A stretch of DNA of 58,581 nt, filler included, from Sphacelaria rigidula (lineage: Eukaryota): the NCBI GenBank assembly GCA_964200075.2. It is 4 parts of 4 records of this genome, joined end to end, with 100 filler letters (N's around TTAATTAATTAA, not from the genome) between each part and the next. Parts side by side here need not be neighbours in the genome. Positions count along the whole stretch, not along the records: positions 44,014 to 58,581 come from CAXNAA020002175.1; 3 more parts are not named here. One strand, given 5' to 3'. A program made the position numbers and the translations under genes. This document shows, piece after piece, positions 49,352-58,581 of the stretch. The notes under the pieces are model-generated. The model was not told where the DNA came from. It saw only the letters and a list, made by a program, of their open reading frames with translations, and made no database searches. Each line of letters opens with the position of its first letter. Within the stretch, counting starts at the first letter, position 1.

Positions 49352-50199
49352 GCGTAAAAGACATAAATTTGTATGAAAGACGAAATTTACCGGCGGATAC
49401 CCTGTCGAATCACATCGGCACGTTCGATACACATTTCACATTTAGGTATGGCGACCAAAAATCAACACTTCTGGGGGTACCCTACAGAGCACAACCTCAC
49501 AAAAAATCCAATATATTTATGTGTGTGTGTGTGTGTGCATGCGTGTTTCGTTGGATTTCGAATGCCCACTGCAACCGGTGTGCGTAGTGGTACCAGCCGA
49601 GGTAACAGTAAAAATATCACACACGAGCTTTCTCCCCCGCGCCCCCCCATATTCCTCGGCATGAAATCATTGGATGCAGTAGACGGAAGGAGGAAAACGG
49701 TGGCTATACAGTATTCAGCGGCGGCGCCATGCGTTACCTGCTTGATCTACAGTTCACACCGATATGCTCAAGTCGGGCTGCTTCGGTGGACTTGAGAAGT
49801 TGTGGGGTGATGTGCGTATGTGGAATTGTATGGCTGGCCCAGCTCGTACGTCGTGAGTTCAACTATCGTTCATGTTGATGATTGAAATCACGGCCCATCA
49901 GATGCAAATTCTCGTTTTCCACCGCACTTTTTCGATCGAAAACTGATGTACGAAGACACGATCGGAGTCGTGCGAATCATGCAGAGAATCACGACTCGGG
50001 TGTGAATCGGACCGTTCTCAACTTCCTTTCATTGAGTCCTAAAACTTGAGTTATATATTGGACTTGAATTTGGAGGTAGTATGTCAGCGTTGGGCTACAA
50101 CTGTCCATGGTTGACACAATTTTACAAGTATCGCTACCCCTCGTACACATCATCAAAGATTGTTAGAATGCGGCAGAGCGCGAGCACAAAAAAATTGAG

Positions 50200-50530
50200 A
50201 TACCGATACTCCCGATACTCTGGAATACTCGAGGGGAACCGTAGGTAAGGTACGGTACCGAGCGTACCCCCAGTTTTAACCGGGGTATCCCATACAGTGG
50301 TATGCGTGGGTATCTTAGGTACGAGTGTCGATAATACCTGATTGAGCGAGTACGATAGGTATGGTATCTCGAATTACCGAGGCATCGTGGGTATCACAGG
50401 TATGACATTTGAAAATACCCGATCGAGCGGGTACGGAAGGTATTGACATGTCGAAGTAACCGTGGTTATCGCGGGTTTTGTAGGTATGACTTTTAAAAAT
50501 GACCGATCGGACCGGTATCGGTAGGATATG
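50200..50530. repeat. Degenerate ~84-bp tandem repeat rich in GGTAC/GATAC/CGATCG motifs (likely transposon subterminal region)
   Basis: aggtatgac...aaaatRcccgatcg...ggtaYc recurs at ~50317, ~50398 and ~50482. Confidence 0.55.
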
Positions 50531-50842
50531 ATTTGTCCCAAATACTGGTTCCGGGTTAATCATTTACCTACGGTGCCTGGGAAACACTGATTATTTCCAA
50601 GAGGCGATACCCCAGACAATCGTGTGTTCTTGTTGCGTTGTCCCCTCATCTATTCTGCACGCCAGTCTACACGACTCGGTGCATGTGGGCGCTTCAGCCG
50701 GGGTCACACGAGAGGTATGTCAACACAGCGTGCACTGCGCCGATTTCGGAGAGGGTTTCACTGTGTTTTGCCCTCACAGTTCCCTTCAGCATAGCACTCG
50801 AATACTAGAGAAGCCCATCTGTCATGTCTGCCGCGAGGCGGT

Positions 50843-52110
50843 CTAGCCTAGACTCCGGGTGCTCCGCACAAGAGCACGCTTGCGGGGCAAGTTTTGGGCG
50901 AATTTTCCTCCTTCTCTTTCAAGGGCAACAACAACAATCAGTTCTTTCAGTCTCTTCTTTTGTTGTGGCGTGACTGCCGTGTTGTGAATTTTACTGCATC
51001 CCGAGGACCTTTGGAACACACCGAGTTGTTTCCCATGCTGTTGACTCATATGCACCAGGTATTCTTCATACCTTGTGGTCAGTGAAAAAAATAGTCAAGA
51101 CTCACGTTCCTGTGGTTTGTAGCTTGACATACACATTTGGAACAAACTCACCGAGGTCTTTCCTCATCATGTCGACTCTTACATAGTAGGTATCCATATC
51201 TTCTCCTCAGATGAAAGGGTGAGTCTAAGGTTTGTTTTGTTCGTAGCTTGTTCTCTTTCTGCTTCGCCGCTCTCTCGTAGGTCACTGACAGAGTAACCAG
51301 CGAAGCCAAACCAGGTGAACGTAAGGAACTCCATCCAAGTGAAGAGAGGGGCGACCAGGCATAGCCCAGCCTGTACTTTAAGATCTCAACAAGGCGTGAT
51401 CGTTCTGGAGCTGGGGGATACAAGCCTTCAGGTCTGCTCATCAGACCGGAGATTTACAGAGTTGCGAGAGACTATCCATCTACGGATCTGAGAAAGACAA
51501 CGGTCTCGAGATATACAGTGCCATTCGAAAGTCTCGTGACTCAAACTCACCACCATGACAGTGTAAAGGGTCTCGTCGCTTCCACCGCTCGTGGAGAGGT
51601 GACGTTTATCCCGTGGCCTCTCTCCTTCCTCCGAAACACGCCCCTCCCCCATTCTCAGCCCGCCCCGACCTCTAGAACGACCGTCGCTCCCGAAGTCATT
51701 TTCCACAGTATCGCTCGCGTAGCCATCAACAAAGTTCTCCCCAGCACTCCCTACCCCTCGCTCCTGTTCAACTGCGATGGGCGATCCACGGCGATGGCTA
51801 TCCTCGGTCGACGCCTCGTTATTCTTCGAGTCACTCGCGGCGGCGTGCTTTCGGAACAGTTTTACGGCACCTTTCGCGTTTATTTTTGCTTGATCGTCGC
51901 GGCTCGCCCTGTCAGCGTTGTCATCCTCGCTTTTGTGGTTATTGCCCCTGCCCCTAACGCTACTTATCCTGCTGCGCTCATGGTTACTCCCGTCTCCTCC
52001 TGTGACTGTCTGATGCTGTCTGTGACCGTAGTCGAACGCTGATGCTATCTCCTCAGACACACGGTGATCGTTTTCGATTTTAGCTGCCTCTGCTGCAGTA
52101 GCTCCCGCGC
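50843..52110 (-). CDS. 3' exons of an unidentified protein-coding gene (52110-51551; ?-51152; 51071-50843)
   Basis: Acceptor gacAG|gc at 52110 and donor gtg|GTGAGT at 51550 bound a 560-nt open hydrophilic exon. An 80-nt GT-AG intron (51151-51072) joins HDEERP-R-YEEYLVHM in phase 2 and runs to a stop at 50843. The acceptor of the middle exon is unresolved. Confidence 0.55.
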
Positions 52111-55100
52111 CTGTCGTATGGAACATTATCCAGTCACCGAGTTCAAAGCAGTTTCCTTAGAACCAACGCTCTCTGTCATCATGATGTTTCAGCAGGATTT
52201 GATAAACATTTTCGCCACATATTCGCCAAGCAGATGACGTAAATATCGGAGGTGCTAGTTTCCATACCCTGGACAACAGATTGTTTTGTCAAAAAATGTA
52301 CCGCGTACAGTATGGAATCTACTGTATATAGCAATAAGCGCAATAGTCGATACTGTACGCAGTACAATTTTGTTGACGGTGTATTTTTTTGTTCAGGATA
52401 TGCTAGTTTCAGGCACCAGCCGAGGGTCATGCTTCCTTTTTCGTCTATTGCGATGAACGACGCCATATGTTCGGGCGTTTACAACCGGCAGCGGTAAACT
52501 GGTAGAGCTGCGTATGGGACTAGTACACACTAGCAGTACGGTTGGTCTTGGAATAGAGTATCCAGTACTACCAGTACTTTCTTTTTCAAGTACGTGCCAT
52601 TATAACGCATTCTTATATCTGGTCTCTAACTCCACCTCCGCCAGACTTGTTTTTTTACATGTAAATTCCCTTCGACACACGAATGAATGATCTGGGAAGT
52701 TTTTTCTGGCGGGCCAGGAACCCCCTCTCACGCACCCACCATCTCAAAAATAACCCCTCCCGTTCCGGAAAACGCTGTCAACCAAAGAAAATATTCCGAA
52801 ACAAGGCTGGTGATCAAACCATCAAGTTCGAGGCCGACGTTCACCCTTTGATCGCCAGGGTACATTCTCTGTTGAATCGGCATGATTTCATCGGAGACTC
52901 CGATATAAGGCCCAGACAGAAGACACACCCTTGCAGTCAAGATACCCAAGTTTTTCTGCTCTCCAACACGTGAAGGAAACCATCCCTTTTGTTTTGGATG
53001 GGGATATCTTACCGCAGTGACAAGCCTCAGGCAGTACTTTCCGCGAGCCAAACGCAATACACCGACGACACATGAACTTAGCTGGAAAGAGTATCGCTTG
53101 TCCATCGGACATACAGACCCCCAACGCCCCCTTCACCCGGAGCTGCAAAAGAGTTCATCCTCAATTCCTTGGCCGGCAGGCTGTGGAGGGCTTTGCAACG
53201 AACCGCCCACCCGCCCGTGGGGTGAGACGGTGTTATCTTCTCTTTTCCCGAAAAATAAATAACCCACCCTCAACAAGCCCAACAACTCCAAATCGACGAA
53301 CTAATGAAAAAAATATATGTATAGTTACAACATAGGTTAATGTCTCCCCTTGTTCCAGAAAATAATAATCCACTTAAAATTGAATGAAATTAAATAAAAT
53401 ATATACGATCAACCTGTGAAATAAGTGTCTTCCCCTTCTCCGAAAATAAAAATTCATTTCCCATCCCAATCTCATCCATCCCAACAGCATTCCCATCCTC
53501 GAACAATCTTTGGCATATACATAATACATGATATTAACTTCTGTTGTGTTACTTTTGCCCAAAAACCACCAAAACAAAGAAAATCACATCCATGATATAT
53601 TCGAAAACGGCGTCTTGTGCCACTATTTATTCCAACAATCTAACCCAATCCGACCCAACTCTAATCGTAACCGTAAACACTAAGGAACTCTCACCATGAA
53701 TCCTCACACACAGCGAGGGGAGGGGGAACGGACAACTCGACCATTTGCTACTGAAGATGCAAGTTTGGTCAAAAACAAACGTGTAACCCACGGAAAAGGA
53801 GAAGGTGCCCTTGAACGGCCTCAACGAGTAGAGCAAGTCACTCCGCGGTGTCAACCTCCGCCCAACCCTCTCTTCGGGCGAAAAACGAAGAACAAGGGCC
53901 AGAAAAGCACTTTCCAACTTATGTTTCCCCGACACAAAAGTGGCTCTGAATTAGACGACAAGTCCCTAGAACCAGGGGCTAGGGGACACAACTAACTACC
54001 CCATGACCGTGATTTTAACTCTCGGCGCGTCAGGCATGACAAAAACGTCCACGTATCTAGGACGTGTAGGGATGCGTGAGGCAAATGCCTAGAAGTTGCC
54101 CCACTAAAAAAATCGGCCTGCGGAATCTGGCCTGTGCAGTGTCGCATTTGTCAGGACCTGAAACCAGGTAATCGAATAGACACCTCACGAGCAAAAACGG
54201 GACGCGCATCGGATCACCATCAGAAAACCGCGTAGCCGACACGGACTTTGGGTTTTCGTACCGACAGAAACGCTATTTACCAGCACTATTTCGTGCTTTT
54301 GGTCAAGAACGAAACGGTGACCCAACAGCAAGAGGTACAACAGCGTTGTACCTTAAAATGGTAACGTATCTAAGACGTGTAGGGGTGTATTCTGGCGTGG
54401 TGGTCCGTAAGATAGGAGTCAAGTGTCGTTTCGTGAACTTCGACCGCATGTTTTCGATCCTTGACAGCTTCGTGTTATTATTGCGTAGTTTTCTCAGCGC
54501 CTCACAAATTACGAATTTGAGTTGAAGCCGTCAAAGGAACAGAAATGCGATGGACCTTATCAGATCCAGAAACAAAAATTCCAGGGCAGTTTCTCGATCG
54601 AGAAAAAATGCTACGACACGCCCATACGAGGAGCACATATTTTTTTGATTGAAGAAAAGAGGTGGAGGAAATGATTTGAGTAAACTTCGCTCATTTGCTC
54701 GAGTCGGGTGCGAGCTAGGGCTGTGAACTGGATCAGATAATTTTCAGGTAATAACTCTCGGTCCAACTGGAACTGGACTTAAACTGGAAATGGCGACGAG
54801 GGCGCCAGTTTATCCAAATTAGTTGAATTATGCGGTTACCGGTTATTTTACTACCAATCCTACTATCGTGAGTTCAGAACAAGGATGATTACACTTTTAT
54901 ATACTATTTGACAGAACAATTGAGCCCTGCACTTCCCGATTGCAGAGGAATATGAAGTACTAATTGAGGCGGAAGGCGACATCAACGCGTCGACGGAAGT
55001 TGTCTACGCCAAGAGTGATAAATCGAAGGCATAATATAACAAGAGCAACAAACGGTAATCCGCGACCACAAGATACAAAAAATACCACGCTTTTCACACA

Positions 55101-56113
55101 CACATGCGTGTTCGTTGCCCCGGACGCAAAATAATCTCGTGCTCATATCCCCACGTACTGTCAGCCTCGGCTCCTTGTTTCCATCCTCCCCTCCTCACGG
55201 AGAGTCTGTGCTGCTGCATGCTACAGATGAACGATTCCCGAATCGCGTAACGGTTTGGAAGAGATTTCCATGACGTGAAAGCCTCTCAGCTCCTCAGTGT
55301 GGGGAATCACATTTCCTGGATTTTCTAGATTTTTGAAATAAAAATAGAACAAATACCGCCGTGATTTTTTTTTAGGGTTAGGATTGAGGTTCAGCGCTCC
55401 CGCAAGGCCCCCTCACCAGCCAGGGAGGGGGGGGGAGCATCGGGGCTTGTGGCTCCCACCCTCGCCACCGATGTTTCCTTATGTTTATCGGCGAACCCCA
55501 TTAACTGGAAAAAAAATTGACGTACTGGCCGCGGCCAGTTTCAACTTTACTGGCAAGAACTGTCAGTTCACAGCCCTAGTCCATGCGCTTTTGTTTTTTT
55601 CAAGCTTTCGATCGGAAAAAGGCAGCGAAATCCGTGAAACGATTTTTGATCGCTTGTGTACAGGACAGTCTGTTGTGTCCCCACTGACTGGGCTGTCGCA
55701 TGCAGTGTCTCTCCCGTGCGTGTATGGGTGTTTTGTACAGTAGTATATTAGTAGGACTTGAAAAAAACAGCGAGCAACGTGCAGTACAGACAGCGCAGGA
55801 CTATCCGTTTTTTCTGCTTACAATGCGACTTGAAAAGGACTTTGACAACGTGCAGCTTTGTACTGCCTGCACTGTCCACGAGCGTGTACGCAACTCGGTT
55901 GCCCATCGTACCACGCAGTTCCGTCGCTTATCTTCACCATGAGGGAAGACCCTCAGGTTTTCGCCAACAACAACAACACATACCCAACTACTGCAGTAGT
56001 GCAACCATCACTGTGCTCAACTCGTACTCGATGGCTGCAGGGTTGCGATGGTAGCTGAGAATGAGTGAGATATAGTCTGCATGGTCCTGTGAACAGGTAT
56101 TATCTGGCGTGGT

Positions 56114-56763
56114 CCAGTCTTACGCCAAGAGAGTAGAAACAAATCGGAGCAAAATCCGACATATTTTCGCCCCAATACGCACGCACACGTCACGCAACCC
56201 CAGATTCAACAAGATGGGTTGTTGTCCGTTGTCTACGTGAGATGTGGTCCAAGTTTCAGTACGTAAAAGTACCAACAGCGCTTGCACGGCCGCGTCTCCT
56301 GTAGTGACCGCGTAGAATGATACCATCCAGAGTGTGCGCAATACGGATCGATGTGTTCGTTTGCCGGGGCAGGAGCTACCCAGCAGGAAGTGAGCTTATC
56401 TGCGTGTCAACATGTGCATCTACTGACGTCTCACGCAGTCTGGACCGAGGGGACTGCGTTTTGAGGGCGTATCGATGACATTGCCCAAAATCCGTATTTT
56501 GCTTCGTGCGTCTAGGGCACCACGTGAAACGTGCTGCCGCTCCGGGAGTATGCAGTCTGTGTTGTGGTCTACCTCCGTGCAAAGTTTCAAGCTTGATAGA
56601 ACAGACACGGCGGAGAAATCCACGAGCGAAATAATCCTTGACTTGTACTAAAAATGCAGTACTAAACCCTGTTGAACCGTCGAAAGATACATGAGGTGCG
56701 TAAGATTCTTGTATGCGGGAATCTTGGCAGTTGACTTTTTTTTTTCCCTTGGCGTAAGACTGG
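56114..56763. mobile_element. Non-autonomous TIR element (16-bp perfect TIR) inserted in a dispersed repeat
   Basis: ccagtcttacgccaag / cttggcgtaagactgg. The flanks tctggcgtggt...gtctgtaagataggagtc match an uninterrupted copy at ~54391-54500. Confidence 0.75.
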
Positions 56764-58581
56764 GTCTGTAAGATAGGAGTCGAGTGTCCCTTCGTGCTTT
56801 TCGACCGAAAAAGCTTAGCACTATTGCTTTGTAGTTTTTCTCGAAGCGTCACTGGATTGAGAGTGCAAATATTTCACGATCAGAGTGTAACGAAAAATTA
56901 TTTTCCCCTCCGTCAGATGTGGTATCCCCTTTACCCTTATACAGCGACCGCCCCGCAGGTGGATTGAGTTGGACTATGCGATATCTGGGGTTCAGAATTG
57001 CTCTTTTCTCGCTACACAAAACGCCTTTGCCATGAACATATGGATATTTGTCATCTATACACATGGAAGTCCCGAAGAACCCCTGACCAGTTTTGACCCT
57101 GCAGTCAATTGCGCGCAGGGTAGGCTACGTACGTGTGGTGTATGTCTTCACTGGATACAACGGCAAAAGACAGTATAAGTGAGCCATCAATCTCCACTGA
57201 ACATGATTTACTGCATGCTGCTGATGCCTGTGCCTAGTGCTCAACAACAGCAGTACAGAGAGTGTGAAGCTATGCTGACAGCAAATAGGGAGTCAGGCAG
57301 GCGACGTGGAAAACGAGCAGAATATAAAACACGTTATTGGTACCCATGAAATCTATGGTTGATTTCCCATTACTGAAATGAGTCGTGGGGGTAGACAGTA
57401 GGCTTCAGCTCCGTAAGCGCGCATAACCCTTGGACGATGAGCGTCGCCTCGGAACAGTTGTACAAGCTGACGGTCCCAAGACATCCGGGGGCTTCCAGAG
57501 CTCGGAGGGGGTGGTTTCCGAGGGAGGGAGGTGTCTTTCCGCGCAGCATAGGAGAAGCTCACGGAGTCAACCATGTGTGTTTGGACGTTAAAAGGAAAAG
57601 TCAAATCTTATTTTGAGCAGTGAGCTTCTCCGATGCACGCGGAGAGACAAATCATCCCCTCAGAAACCACCCCCCGCAAAATCTTATTTTGATTAATGCC
57701 AAATCAACCATAGATTATATAACCAAAAAGCAGGTGTTCGAGCATCTTCGGTGAGGCGACCGCCATCGCCGAGCAATTGCTCTACGGTAGTCGGGGGCGT
57801 TAGAGGCGGTAGTCATGGTGCGATATCCTAACGCACGCTACATACACTCGGCACGTTTTACACTGTAAGATCCAGTACGCTGCAAACCGCGTGCGCAGTC
57901 GCAGAACGATACACTACGGACTTCACAGCAAAAATATACGGCGTAATAATCAGGTGGTCGACAACTACACCACTGTCTGTGTTATGACCCTCACAACTAT
58001 GTGCCTCTTATGAACTCACGGTTCCTTCCGCGGCAGGGTGGGCGTTTGGAGTTGTGACAATGGAATGACTGTGAACCCAAAAAGTGGATCGTCTACCTCC
58101 ACCGACCAGCGGGGGGGTCGCTGTCCAAGGGATAAGGTTTGGCCCACTCTTGGGGTTTTGAGTGCTCAATCAAGCTGAACTGAAAATGTTTGAAAACCTA
58201 TGTGCTCGAAACGCGCATGAAATTGCAATATTTATTTCGCGCCCCCTGCAGCCATTGTATCAGCTGCCTGAAAGCCTGAAAGTGCCTCGTATGGCTTTGG
58301 GCGTGACTCGTCACTCGTCACCAGACAGGCTTCAATTTTTATTACTTCAAAGTGTCATGGTTGCGCCTCTGATCCAAAAAACGTCTCTGTATATTTCATA
58401 TATGAGACACCATGTTGGATTGGAAAACGTCATAATTTTTTCTTACAAAACATGTGTCATGGGGCCACGTGTATATTGTACATTGTACTGTACAGTATAA
58501 AGAAAATTAAAATGGTGTGTAGAGTAGGGGGGGGGGGGGGCGTAATGATTTTTTCCTTTCCTTAGTTTTTTGACAATTGAC

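Noticed and set aside
56250-56345. TLDGIILRGHYR peptide resembling the end of a CFA20 domain
   Set aside because: It lies inside a TIR element, has no convincing splice sites, and another gene's stop lies between it and the CFAP20DC-like exons.
55780-57560. Possible upstream exons of the 50843-52110 gene (e.g. ~56934-57096)
   Set aside because: Splice-like signals exist, but I could not build a phase-consistent, recognisable model.

Overview
This is eukaryotic, intron-rich, transposon-dense DNA of roughly balanced GC. It is most consistent with a brown alga (Phaeophyceae); that call is an inference from repeat families, (CAG)n/(CAA)n tracts and exon style. Three N44-TTAATTAATTAA-N44 linkers (14573-14672, 29244-29343, 43914-44013) join separate contigs, so adjacency across them is unproven. 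Host genes: a six-exon, phase-consistent 3' portion of a CFAP20DC/C3orf67-like gene (minus, 22118-28937), two head-to-head F-box(-like) genes around 13.2-13.7 kb, a tRNA-Gln(CTG) (minus, 8678-8749) and the 3' end of an unidentified spliced gene (minus, 50843-52110). Most of the rest is mobile DNA: decayed Copia and Ty3/Gypsy pol fragments, two probable solo LTRs, a tRNA-derived SINE, and Tc1/mariner-, hAT-, CACTA- and piggyBac-type non-autonomous elements. Most notable: (1) a non-LTR retrotransposon whose ORF stops about 5 nt before a poly(C) tail and whose copies follow C-runs, including their own tails; (2) a ~100-bp piggyBac-type MITE building mixed-orientation arrays through shared TTAA sites; (3) a Gypsy integrase with a chromodomain plus a second Tudor/Royal-like module, with further Tudor-like remnants elsewhere; (4) two foldback/TIR elements sharing RACAC...GTGTY termini and 4-bp TSDs. 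Most ORFs in the supplied track are spurious frames over repeats.
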